The notes under the pieces were generated by a model. It was not told the origin of the DNA, made no database searches, and saw only the letters and a list, made by a program, of their open reading frames with translations. A stretch of DNA of 64,000 nucleotides from Piromyces finnis finn (Eukaryota; Fungi; Neocallimastigomycota): positions 372,001 to 436,000 of the forward strand of contig MCFH01000010.1 in NCBI GenBank assembly GCA_002104945.1, in the 5' to 3' direction. Of the stretch, positions 30,512 through 44,594 are shown one piece after another. Position 1 is the first letter of the stretch. Every line of letters starts with the position of its first letter. The translations under genes and the position numbers were made by a program.

Positions 30512-33500
30512 TTAATCATCCTCTTCATCATAGAAAGATATATTATCACTTATTAAATTATTATCATTATTCATTTCAAAAAGATCATCTGATTCTAGAG
30601 AATCTAATTCTTCTAAAGATACTTTTCTTTCATTTTTTGAACTATTTTTTTTGCTTTTATGACTTTTTTCATTTGACTTTCTCTTTTCGATATTATATAT
30701 ATTAAGAATATATCAATGAATTTTCAAATAAGACTGAAATACTATTTTTTCTTATTTAATTGTTAATAAAGCAATTAGCATACCTTTGATTGGGTATTTT
30801 TTTGTTCATTTTGAACTTCTTCATTAGCTAAATAATCATACATTTTTTCTGCATATTTTTCCCAATTACTAGTATAGTCAATAATTAAATAATAAAAAAT
30901 AATAATTAATTTCTTTGCTTTTTTTTTTTCTTTCGTTTATATTTCATATAATTATTTAATATATAAGTTTTATATTAATTAAATATAAATTTACTTTAAT
31001 TTTCTTTTTCTTAATTTGATTTTTAAATCTTTAAAGAAATCTGAAATAGAATTTAATGGTACAGATTCTCTAATCCATATTTCTTCAAAATAGCCGAAGT
31101 AATCAGTCTTTTTTAACAAATTTTCATATTGACGAATATCAAAAAGCATATTAAAGAATGTTGTTGAGTTTTGAGATCTCTTTAAATCAGATAATGAGAT
31201 TTTATTTGGTATTTTTGGTTTAATCATATCTAGCCTTTTATATAGGTATAAAAAATCATTTATTAATTAACATTTTATTAATATTTATTGATAATTATAT
31301 TGGTTTTTATCAATAATTTTATCTGTTATTATATTATCATGTAGATATTTACAAGTTACATAAATAATCAGGGAATGACCAATAATCAGATATATGTAAA
31401 AGAACCATGTGTTTGCATTGTTCAATATAAAACTTTTCTATCTCATAGATACTAATATAGCCATCATCATCTAAATCAATACATCTAAACCAATATTCTA
31501 TAGCTTCTGGAGAATCTTTATTTTCTCTGGCCAACATAAACCCTAATTATATTAAAGTAAATATATATATTTACATTTTTTATTATTAAATATTACTAAT
31601 ATTATTTTAAAGATAATTATTTAAAAAATCTATTATATTGATATTAATTTATAAAAAAAAATTACAAATGAAGTCTCTAAAATGAAATATAGATTGGTAT
31701 TGATATATATTTGAATTTTTCAAGGTTTTGTCTGAAACTACATTTTTCATTATTGTATTGGAATATTCCGCATATGTAATATCATTACTCATATGATTAA
31801 AATTCAATTCGTTTAATAATGTTTTTTTACCATAACCCTTTATTATTCTTTCGATAATAAGAGTATTTAAACTATAATGATCGTATTGAAATAGAGAATA
31901 GCAATTTATAAGTAAGTCATGGTCTGAATCCAATTCCCAAAATTTACAATAGATAACATAAAAATGCTTATAAGAAAATAAATTACGATGCTTTTTTTTT
32001 TTTTTACAATAATAATAATTATTGTAATTATAATAAAAGTATATATATTTATATTAATAGTTAAAACTAATTAAATAAAGTATAAATATTATTATTTATA
32101 ATATATATTACAATATTAATATCATCATCGATTTGGAGATATAATAAATTTTCTAAAAAATTAGAATTTCTATATTCGTTAAGGGTCATTTTTCTATTCC
32201 AGTTTTGAGGTTTATGATAAAATAATTGTTCAATAACCGATTCAGCTGAATTTTTGAAAAATGCAATAAAATAAAATAATAAAAATGTTTTATTATTTTT
32301 AGTTATACATCTATATATATTATATATATTTTAACATACAATATCTTTGTTGAAATATAGGCATATTGATTAAGAACTTTAATCCAGGATGATATCTTAC
32401 TACATCTTTTTTTAAAAAAAAAAAAAATAAATTATCTAGTCATTACTATTGTTTCATTATTTAAATTACATATTAAAAATATTTCTTTTATTGTAAATAC
32501 CATTTAAAACTACCATGAAATCACTAGGAACTAAATAATCTAAATAATTTCTTAATTTATCAGTATTTTCATCGTTCTTTAATATATAAAAAGATATATA
32601 ATAAATATCTTGTGAATCCTTTGCAATTGATTCCCAATATCTATTAATATAAATAAAAAAATAATAATTAATTTAAAAGTTCTATGTTTCATTTTTCAAT
32701 TATGATTATTAATTTTGAATCATACTCCATAAAATCATCATAGCAAACAACGGAATCATTTGGTATAATACAATTTTCTAAATTAAATTGCTTTAATTCC
32801 TTTAATTTATTTTCCAATTGTATTAATTTTATTGGAACTGTTTTCTTAATACTTCCTTTGGGATTTAATTTTTTTGAAGAATGATGCTGTATATTAGGTG
32901 AAATATTTTCATTATTTACTTCAGTTTCATCATTGTTACTTTCATTTATATCATTAATAACTTTATTTTCTTTCTTTTTTTCAGTAAATTTTAAGACTTT
33001 TCTAAATAATGCACCATTTAGATATTTTGGTAAATTACATTTATTAGTAACATTGTTAAATTCCAATTCATTTAATGGTTTATTATTAAAAACATTTTTT
33101 ATTTTTTTCTATTAACCATTTATTGAATTTAAAATGAAAAATATATTAGTTAAATAATTATTTCTTTATAACAAAATATAACGTTAATTTTAATAATAAT
33201 AATTATTAACCTGAATTTGAATAAAATATTCCTCATTTGATACATTAGAATATTTATTCCCTTTTGGAAAGTAAAATTGAGGTATTATTTCCTTCTGCTT
33301 TGAATTTAAAAATATATATAATTAATGCGATTAATATATAATATTAGTTTTAATTATTAAATGATTAAATATTAGCCAAAGTTTAATAATTACTTTAAAA
33401 TTCTTCTCTTCCTCATATTCATTAAGAATACTAGGTAAATCTACACCAGAATCTTTATACTTTTGATTTTTTAATTTAAAGAGTTCACTTAATTTTTGAT

Positions 33501-33597
33501 TATCTTTTCCCTCATTTAGCTTACAGTCACTCATTTTTATATTATTTAAATCATTAACATTAAATTCTTCATAATGATTTTCCGTTGTTTCGATCAT
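30512..33597 (-). CDS. PPP2R3: PP2A regulatory subunit B'' (PR72/PR130 family, EF-hand)
   Basis: Multi-exon and in phase: IPQFYFPKG, HPGLKFL, FSYKHFYVIYCKFWELDSDHD (EF1) and IEYWFRCIDLDDDGYISIYE (EF2). The last exon is ambiguous (stop at 30512 or 30585). Confidence 0.9.
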
Positions 33598-36500
33598 TTT
33601 TAATAAAATGATTATTTAAAGTAAAATTTTTTTCCAGAAAAAAAAATATAATAAATAATAATAAAATTTTATATTGATTATAATGGGCTGTTTTTATTAT
33701 TTTATCTTCTTCAGATTAAATTTTTATAAAACAAATATTATATTTTATTTTAATAAAAACTGAATAAAATAAACTTTGGTATTTATTGAAATAAATTGAA
33801 AAAGAAATATCAAAATACACCTTTTTGTTAATCCTATAAATTTCAATGTTTTAGTTTTATTTTTTCAAAAAAAAAATAGTTTAGAAAAAATAATAATTAT
33901 AAAAATACCAAATCTTATTATATACTTTATATATACAAAAAAATTTGATTTTTTTTCTGGTATATATATTATAACAATTAATATTTAATTATTAAAATAT
34001 ATTAAATGTGATTTGGTTTTGTTAATTCTTGCTTTATGAGGAATTTAACAAATTAGTTATTACATATAATATAATAAATTGTATAACTAATTAATATTAT
34101 TGATATTTTGTTTTATATACAACTATTTACAAGTTCTTTTCTGGTATAAATATACATATTAATTATTAATTTTATGAGATTATTTTGATTTGGTAATTAT
34201 ATAATTATTGATAGCTTTTTTTGTTTTTGTTTTTGTTTTTGTTTTTGTTCTTGTTTTTTTTGCGATTTTGAATTATATATAAATATATATTGGGTATTGA
34301 TAATAAATGATTTTTATTATTATATATAAAATATTTGTGAATTTATGAGTTTCTACGTTATTAATAATTATATATTATGATTTATTTGATTGATATTGTT
34401 TTTACTTTTTTTTTTTTAGTATTTAATATCTTTTTTTCTCTGTATTTATGTTTAATCTTAATGTACGATTACTTAAGATTAAACAATAAATGTATAATTT
34501 TTACCAAAGATCTTGTAAAAAATATTGATGATATTTGAAAAATGACTAACAACCTGTAATAATCAGATATTGTTAATATGAAATGATTATAATTATTGTA
34601 TTACAATGGAAATTTGTCTTTATATATATATATAAAGTTATTTTTTTATTATTATAATTTATATAAAATATGATTAGATGTATAGTTATAAACGTTATTT
34701 GAATAGCACATTAATGTTATAAGATTTTACAATATTATAAAACAAGTAATTAGTAATATTATTAATAAATTTTTAATATTATAGAAAAATAAAATTTTTT
34801 ACTCTTACAATTATAATTATATTTCACTATAGAATATTGATTTTATTTAATATTTGACGCTTTCTTTAATAAATTAACAACTATATATTATTTTTTTAGG
34901 AAATTTGATTTATTATTAGTAAATAAAACAATTTTGAAATATATCCTTTCTTTTTAAAAAAAATAAAGATGATTATTTCAGCCTTTGGAAAAAAAAATAA
35001 TATATATTAGGGAATTTCAAAAATAATAATTTTTTTATAAATAATAATATTATTATTGTTTGTTGTTGTGTATGGTTATGCTGTTTTTTTAATATTAAAA
35101 CCTGTATTATATTTAAAAATATGAAAGATAGTTTAATATTTTATAGTATTTATAACATTTATTAATAGTCCATTTTTATATGTATATATTATATAAATTA
35201 AATGGTTTTAAGATAAGCTACTATACCTTTTACATATTATATTATTAAAAATAATATTTTAAAAAACTTTTTTTATTTCATTCATTATTTCTAATGAAAT
35301 AGATTTTCCTTTTTATTATTTTATTCTTGTTCTTACTTATTCGAAAGAAAAATATATTCGTTAGATGTATATATATAATATACATTTAATTTAATAGATA
35401 GAAACAATAAATTTAAATAGAAGTATGTATATATATTACTTTTATTTATTCAAGTTATTGTTGTTCCTTAGGACTATCTTGGAATGGAAATGGACTCCAA
35501 ATTTTTACGTTTTTCTAATTTACAGTATTTAAAATATAAAATATAGATATAAATATTCTATTTTAATAAAAATAAAAGTAAAAGAAAAAGAAAAAAAATG
35601 AAAATTATATAACACTTTTTCATTTACTATTTCATTATATTTCCTTTACTAATATTATATATTTTTTAAACTTTAATATTATTTATAATAAATCAATTAA
35701 AAAAGAACGTTTCTTCTTATTTGAAAATATTTTTAATAATACATATTGTATTATTTTTTATTATTGTATTTATTTACTTTGTAAATAAAATAGATGAATA
35801 TATATTTATAATTTCTGCTTCATTATATATAAATAATATATAAATAAAAGAAAAAAATAAATATTATGAATAGGGTATTATTACAATTTTTCTGGGAGTT
35901 TTTGTTTAATTTTTTTTTTTTTGCTCTTTTATTATTGAAAAAATTTCCCTTAATTTCCAATATTTTTTAAAATATATTAATTTACTAGTAATTTATTATT
36001 ACTAATAAAAAAAAAATATAAAAAATTACTTTTTTAATTCTTTAATAATTTAAGATATTTTAAAAGTGATTTTTTTTATTTTTTTTTTTTTTTTTTTTTT
36101 ATTTCTTTTTTAGTAACTCTTTTTATTTTAAGTTTTCAAATAACAAACATAACATTATTAAAAAAAGAAAAAGGAAAAAAAAAAAAAAAAAAAAAAAAGA
36201 AATAAAAAAAGGAAAAAAAGGAGAATAAACTATGAAAATATAATGTATTCGAATTAGGATAACATATGTATGTATATACTTATTATTATCTTTAATTTTG
36301 ATGGTTATAATTATTAGAATACATCTTTAATTAATTAAAATTTTAAACATTACTTTTTTAATTTATTTTTTTTTAATTAATGTATAAATCTTAAAATATA
36401 GCATTCAATTATACAATACATGAAAACTAATTATTAAAATTAGAAAAAAAAAAAACATAACAAAATATAAAAAAGTATAAAACTATTAAAAATTATAATA

Positions 36501-36742
36501 TATTTAATAAAAGTATATATTATAAGTACTTTTTTTAAATATAATTAAAATTTAATGAACTGATTTATTGGATAATCAATATTTAAACTTTTATATATGA
36601 TTAATATGATTATATTTTTAAATTTCTTTTTTTCTTTTTCTTATATACTACCATTATAAAAAACGTTTTTATATTTAATTTATATTAAATTTTAGATTTT
36701 AAATTTGTTTATTTAATATAATCTAAAATTTTCATTTATAAT

Positions 36743-36778
<36 letters not shown>

Positions 36779-37304
36779 TAAATTTATTTAATAGATGAAA
36801 AAAAAAAAAAAAGTTTTAGCTTGTATGAATAATACAAATAAAAAATGTATAATTCATTGAATTCAACAGCATTAAATATAAAAGGAAATAATGTATTAAT
36901 AATTTAAATAGAAATAAATATCTAGTATATTTTCAAAATATTCTTTAATATGTAATGGTATCACCAATCCTATATATAACAAAAAATATTTTTAAGTTTA
37001 AGCAATAAAATTTCATATTCAAACAAAATGCTTTAATACGGCTTTTTTATTTTAAATATTTGAATATTTATAATTATTTTTCGTAAAAAAAGTAGAAAAT
37101 AATGTTATACTTTTATGAAGACAACATAATATTTGAATTAAATACTTTTATTTATTGGGATAAATTGTGTTACATAAAAAAAAACTTAAAATAAATTAAA
37201 GTTTTTAATACTAAAAAGTATAATCTTGTATGAGCTTAATAAAATTCATTATTCAAAAAGTAATGTTAATATATATACTTAAACAGTAATTCCAATAACT
37301 TATT

Positions 37305-37311
37305 ATTATTA

Positions 37312-37352
<41 letters not shown>
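37305..37352. repeat. (ATT)n microsatellite
   Basis: Near-continuous att run in intergenic DNA. Confidence 0.85.
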
Positions 37353-37355
<3 letters not shown>

Positions 37356-37832
37356 CAACATAACAATAATAATATTGTTTTTATAAATAACTTAAAAATA
37401 CTATCATACATGATATTGTAAATGTATATTATCTTCATCTCCATTATCTACATAATAAAAAAAGAATAAAAAAAAAAAAATTGAAATATATCTTCGGAGT
37501 TTTAATTAATGGTAAATATAATCTAACCCTTATCATTTTAAAAAGCAAATATGAAATCAAAATACACTTTATTATTCTAACTATGAATATAACCTTAATA
37601 TACTAAAATATTAATTACTTCTTTGTTCTATGATATTATTTTCGATTTTCTCAATTATCTCGATTTTTAAAAAAAAAAAATTTATTAATTTATTAAAATA
37701 TTATAGTATTTTTTTTAACCAATAAAAACATTTGTTAAATAATTAGAGCATTGCTTCTATACATATATCTTTTGGTATTTATATTATAGTATAACTTTAT
37801 AAATCGAATTTTCTGAATCTTTTTCCATTCAT

Positions 37833-39047
37833 TTAAACTTTTGAAGCAAACTTAAGACCATAAGCAAAGTGTAATAAACGAGCATCAACAGCATGAGTTG
37901 TTTTTTCCTTTTCTATAATATATTGATATTAATATATAAAAATTATAATATTATAAAATTAATAACAAATCATTAAAAATAAAAGAAAAAGAAAAAGAAA
38001 AATAATTTTAAGAAGGAATATATAATTACCGATTAAAAAGTCATATAAATTATTAACTGGAATATGGAAAACATCAATAAATTCACCTTCATCAGGAACA
38101 GCAACAACATTTTGATTAATTTCTAATGATCTATCAACCTAATTATTATATATTTACAATTATTTTTATAAGTCCCTATTATATCAAATAATTTAAAATG
38201 ACTTGATATAAAAATAATACTAAGAATTAATACATACATCCATAACAACAAGTTTCATGTTGGCATTGGTAAGTCCTGGATCAGAGAAAATGATTGGAGA
38301 AACTTCTCTAACAACACCACAGTAACCAGTTTCTTCCTTTTAATATAGTTATGTTAAATTATTATTAGCAATTAATTTTTTTTTTTTTTGATAAAAATTA
38401 TATTATTATTAATAATATATAACAATAGAATCATATAGTGTTTTTTTGTTTTTTTTTTTTTTTGTTTTTTTATAATATTATTATTTATTATAATAAAGTA
38501 ATCATTTAGAAATTATTCATATGTCCATATACTTATACTATTTAAATTTCAACATCATTTCATTTAAATATTAATAATCAATGAATATAAATTTATTAAA
38601 AAAAGTTTTTTTCTTTAAAAAATAAATTACCTTTAATTCACGAACAGCAGCTTGAGCAGCAGTTTCACCTTCATCAATTAAACCGGCTGGGAATTCGAAT
38701 GTTAATTTACCAACTGGTGGTCTGAATTGAGAAACAAGAAGAGTTTCTTCTGGCTTATCTTCTGTAGCAGATAAAATAGTGAAAATAGCAACAGCATCAC
38801 AATCACCTTTTCTAGAGGTTCTGTGACACATTTCCCAAACCTTTTTTTTTTTTTGAAAAAAAAAAAAAAGAATTATTAATAATTCTAATTCCATAATTCA
38901 ATAAAAATGTATATATTAATTAACTGTTCATTTCAATTTTACTCTCTTCTTTCCAGATGGATCTTGATATTCAATTTTATCTAAAGCAACCCATTTGGAT
39001 TCATTGTTGCTCATTCCAGTAATATTGAGAATTTTAGCTCCACTCAT
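37833..39047 (-). CDS. YSA1: ADP-ribose pyrophosphatase (Nudix hydrolase, NUDT5/YSA1 family)
   Basis: Five exons. Nudix box GLIDEGETAAQAAVRELKEETGY is split by an intron. Also SKWVAL, QFRPPVGKLTFEFPAG, DPGL, EGEFI and VDARL. Confidence 0.92.
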
Positions 39048-40210
39048 TTTATTTATATGATGATGCTAGTAAATATATTTAAAATTATATAGAATTGTAT
39101 AAAAAAATATAATTTTATATAATATTAACAATATTAATAAATAGTAGAAATAAAAGAAAATTATCTCAATATTGAAATTATATATATATATATTTTTTGG
39201 TGAATTAATAATTAATTGAATTGAATATGAAAGTTTACAATATCTTTTATTTCATATAACTTATTTGTTTTTTTTATATTTAATAATTGACTTGATTTAT
39301 GGAAGTAATTTTTTAATAAAATATTTTTGTTATTATTCAACAGTAATTTTAAATTATTACAATTTTTATATATTGAAATCATTTTCTAACATTTCCTATT
39401 TCATATTTGAATATACATATATTTAAATTTTGTTTTTTATTTATTTTGATTATCGATATTTTAAGAAAAATAAGTTATATATTAATTACAATATTATTAA
39501 CTCTTATACATTAATTTAAAAAAAAATATATTCAAATATATTCAAACCATCTTAACATTTACATTTTATTTATTTCTTGTTGAAAATTAATTGATTTTGC
39601 TTTTTATTTATACTATTTTATATTTGGTATTTTGTAAAAAAAAAAAAAAATTATTATATAGTAAGATTTTAGAATTTATTCATTATATCCATAAATATAT
39701 GTTAAATAATAATTGATATAATATGGATTTCATATGGATCATCCATAAAAAATATATATATAATTTTTAATTTTTATAAATATACTTTTTTTGAATTATC
39801 ATAATAAATTGAATTTTGCTTTTTTTATACATAATCATTTATTCATGACATTATTAATGCACGTTTTAATTGAACTAAAAATATTAATAAAAATATTTAG
39901 TATTTTAAAGAATATAAATATATCATAATATATATAATATTTGAAAATTATCATACTAATGAAAAACTAATTTAATACACTATTCATATAGTTAAAAAAA
40001 ATTTTTTAAATCATTTATATATTTTTTTTCCTATAAAAAGTTTTATAATATATATATAACATATATAATAAAATTTAATAACAATAACAACAACAATAAT
40101 AATAATAATAATAAAACAATTATCACAATTGCAAATATTTTTATTATTCTCTTATATTAAACAAATAAGTTATCAATTTAAAGTTTTTTTTTTTTTTTAG
40201 CATATTGAAA

Positions 40211-41591
40211 ATGGCTTCATCACGTTTGGTATATTAAATGAAAAGGATTATATAATTTTAAATATTTAATGATTAATCATATTAACTACAAATGTCTTCT
40301 TTTATCTTTATGTATAAAACAATATATTTTACATACTCTTATATTATAATTAACATTAAAACATTATTTTATAAAAAAAATGAAATTCGAAATGATAATA
40401 TGAAATTAATTATTACACAATAATAATAATATTGGAATTTTTTTTTTTTTTTCAATTTTATTTTTTTTTATTATTCCTTTTATCCTTTGTAAATTAAAAA
40501 AAAAATCTTTTTTTAATAAAAATCAGACACCTATTATAAAATGTAATAATTGTAACAATGTAACACATATTATTGTTCAATCGCCTACAGAACAATTATT
40601 GTCATATATGGAAATAATACCAACACCATCATCTCCTGCTCAAGCTAATGCTGATACAACAGGAAATTTAAATCATGCTATTTTAAAATTAAAGAAATTA
40701 ACAGTTGAACCAACGAATAATGATATTTTTTTCAAAAAAACTATTATTTGTCCAAAATGTGCTAAATTTATGGCTACTGAATTTTCTTATCATAATATGG
40801 ATGAACCAGGAATGAATGCTGTTATTTCAGCCATTCAAGAAGCTTCCAAAAAAATGAATATAACAGGTTAATAATGAAAAAAAAATATTCATTTAAATAT
40901 TTTAGTTTCTTATATTTTATAAAAGAAATTTATATTAAATATCTATTATATAAATACATAATCTTAAAAATAAATATTTACAAAAATTATTATTTAACCA
41001 AAATTAAAAGAAATATTAAAAGGACCAACACTTTATGAAGATATAGTTAATCAAATTAAGGAAAGTGATAATAAAATGATATATTTCGTTCTTCCATATG
41101 AAGATATTACTCCTTTATTAAAATTAAATGAGGTATTTATTTTAATTACTCTATCTTAATATATAAAATAAAAATTTAAATAATAAAACATTTTGATTTA
41201 TTAATATGATAAATAAAAAAAATTTCTGGTAATAATAGATCGCTGAAAATCAACAAATAAATTTAATTATTGAGAACTTAGTAGTACCTTCAGAAGAAAA
41301 TTCACCATTTACAGAAAATAGTAATATGTTACAACAACAACAACAACAACAACCATCTCCATCATCATTAAATAGTCCAACCCAAGATAAACAATTAACT
41401 AAACTTAACACTCAAGATATAAAGTAAGTTAAATTTAATATTATATATTTTTTTTCTTTTATTTAATATTATCAGGAAAAAATACTAATATTTCTAATCT
41501 AATTAAATTTTATTATTTTTACAATAGCAATAATAATAAAAAGAAAGAACATATTGCAACACAACATTTATTTGTTTCAATTAAAATATAA
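40211..41591 (+). CDS. Uncharacterised protein with two CxxC motifs and a poly-Q tail
   Basis: Five exons with in-phase GT-AG junctions. CNNC and CPKC are 65 residues apart; the C-terminus contains QQQQQQQ. Confidence 0.65.
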
Positions 41592-43209
41592 TTTATTTAT
41601 TTATAATAATTATTTCGAAATAAATAATATTCAGAATTTATGTCTTCATAAATAAAAATTTTCTATTCATAATATAATTATCTTTAATTAAAATAATAAA
41701 ATATACATAAAATTTCTTTAATACTTTTTTATATGTTAAATAGATATAAATTATATTAAAAAAAAAAAAAAAAAATTAAGAATTATATAGTAATCATTTT
41801 TCTTACTATTTTTCTATATTATGTTTTAAATTTATATTATTATCATTGCCATTATTATTCATTATAATAATTGCTTTATTTATATTCATATTTTTTTTTT
41901 ACCAAAAAAAATATTTAATAAAGTTTAAAATATAATATTTAAAATTATAATAATAAAAGTGTAAAATAATTAAAATAAAATAAAATATAAGGAAATGGAG
42001 AAAAAAAAAACATAACAGTTATAGTTTAATATAATTATAAACTCTTTAAAAAAAAATATTTTATTATTATAATTAAGGCTATTTAAATTTAATGATTTAA
42101 TAAAAAAAAATTATTTTATTATATATTAATACTTGTTATACATCAGTTACTTTATATATGTATATATCATTTAACACGATAATAAATAAATATTATTATA
42201 AAAAGTTTTTTAAATCAATTGAAAAAATAATAAAATAATAATTGTAAAATATTTATCATGACTTTACATAAAAATCTAAATTTCAATTAAGAATAGCTAA
42301 TATATAGTAATTAAGTATTTAAAGTTTATATGCAAAGCATAATTTAAATTAATAAAATCTAACCATTATAATAAATTAAAAATTTTTATTCTATGTGAAA
42401 ATTTTGTTTAAACCCTCAAATCAATAATAAATTATAGAAAAAATATAAATAGTATACTTGCTTTTTTTTAACGACAGCAAATATTCTAAAGCTTCTTATT
42501 TTAATTAAAATTACATATATTTAAAAATAAAAATTTAAAAAATAAATTTAATTAAACACAAGAGTGAAAGAGTGAATAAATAAAGTAAGAAGGCTACTAT
42601 TTATACTAAAGTATAATCATCGTATTTAACATTTAAATACGATTGTCTTTTAACAAAATTATGATCTTCAGTGGTTGTTCTGACCTTGTTGGTTTGTTAT
42701 ACCTTTTTTTTTTTTTCAGAACATTGTCATTCATAGTTATTGTTTTAAACCTTTTGAACACACATTTACTATTGTTGATTAATACCAAAAAGTTTGATTT
42801 TGGTTAGAAATTTTGCATTTATTGTAAAAAAGTGGTGATATTTCATAAATGCTCGATTTAACTTGCAAAGTTCTTTTTATTCCCTTGAATTAAAACTTGT
42901 TTAAAATTTTTTCCCAAAATAATGAATTTAGGTGTGTTTTTTTTTTACACATCAATCATTCATTAACTATTTATGTTAAAATAATTATTCAAAATTTACA
43001 CTAATTTTTAAAATTTATAATTAATTTTTAAACCATAATATATATATAGTGATTTTTTTTTTTTTACATAATTTTATTAGAAAAATGAAGTTTAATTTTT
43101 ATAATTTAAAATTTAAAATAATATTAAAAAATTTAATTTATTATGATATATAATTTATGTATAAATTTTTCTTTTAGCTTTTTTTTATATTTTTTTATAT
43201 AGATAAATA

Positions 43210-44594
43210 TTATTGGATGTCTAAATTATAAGTTATTCTTATTTATAATTTCGATCATTAATATTAATTTAACTATAGTGTAACATGAATTTTTCTTCTT
43301 GAGTCAAATCACGATATAATGGGATTTTTGATTTTGAGTATGAAGAATGACTCTTAATTGCCTTGAAACGGATGACTATGTAGATAAGAATTAAAACAAC
43401 AGCTAAAGTAATTAAAGATTCAACTAAACCGAAAACCTTCTTTGTAGCCTATTTTAAAAATAGTTTTTTTTTATTAATAAATTAATAATGTTTTATTTAA
43501 ACTAAAATATTTTATTTATTATTAAATTTACCTTAGCAACAATGTTTGGTTGCTTTGGTGGATATGGTGGTTGTCTATTGTAATTCTTTGGTGGAGTGTA
43601 CTTTGGTGGAGCATTCTTTGGTGGAACATATTTTGGAGCTTGTTTAGTTCTCTTTTGGTTTCCTTGTTGATTCTTTGGTGGTCTTTGTTGTTTTGGAGCC
43701 TTTCTTTGGGCTTGTTGTTGTTGGTTTGGTCTGTTTTGACGTGGTGGATTCTTTGGATTTTTTGGATCATTGTTATTGTTGTTTTGGCTTCTCTTTTTTG
43801 GTAATTGCTTGCTTCCTGGATTTTGTTGTTGTTGTTGACTGTTTTGTTGTTGGTTTTGTTGTTCGTAATCATTCTTGTTACTCTTTCTTGGCTTATTTTC
43901 TTCAATTTCATTTTCATAAACAACTTCTTCAACATAGACAGTAACTACTTCTTCAACAACTTCTTCAGATTTGGAACGAGCAACTTGTTCTTGGACAAAA
44001 GTGAACATTTCGTTAACTTCATGGTTACCGAGATATTCTTCATACTTTTGACCGTTTTCATAACTAATTTAATATTTTTCAAAATTTAAAAAAACATTTA
44101 ACAATTTTAGTATCTATTTGATATACAATATTACATTTTCCATATTTTACTATTTTTAATACTTACACATAGATTGTTGGGAAACCGTCGATACCTTGGC
44201 TGGTACAGAAGTCCATATCCTTAGTACATTCAACCTTAGCAATGTTAATATCCTTTGAAAGATTTTCAGCACGAATTCTAGTTTGAAGACCTAACCATTT
44301 TGGTGTTAACTTTTGAGTATATTTACACCAGTTGGCACCATATAAAATAATCCAAAGACCTTTATTGATGTGTACACTGAATTCAGCTGGGCTAATAAAA
44401 CGAATGTGTCTATCAGCACTTTCAGCCTTTAATCTTCTTGATTCATCAGATTCTTGAGCATTTATAGAAGAAACTATCAAAATATTTTTTTTTCATTAAT
44501 ATTGTTATTTTTTTTAATAACTATTTAATTTTAAATACTTACTAGCTAATACAAAAAGTAAAGCTAAATAGAATAATCCACTTATAGACTTCAT
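43210..44594 (-). CDS. Type I membrane protein: signal peptide, thioredoxin-like domain (WCKYT), Q/P/K-rich stalk, TM helix
   Basis: Spliced signal peptide MKSISGLFYLALLFVLAISSINA; PDI-type domain LYGANWCKYTQKL...IAKVEC...FC...GIDGFPTIY; low-complexity stalk; TM LITLAVVLILIYIVI. The final exon is uncertain. Confidence 0.8.

Noticed and set aside
35450-35527. Small GC-elevated patch as H/ACA snoRNA or micro-exon
   Set aside because: Only a 5-bp stem and an ACA triplet; no convincing two-hairpin fold or flanking gene.
42601-42643. Double hairpin (perfect 10-bp stem atcgtattta/taaatacgat) as a Helitron 3' end
   Set aside because: AT-rich stem, no CTRR terminus at the expected distance, and no recognisable transposase nearby.
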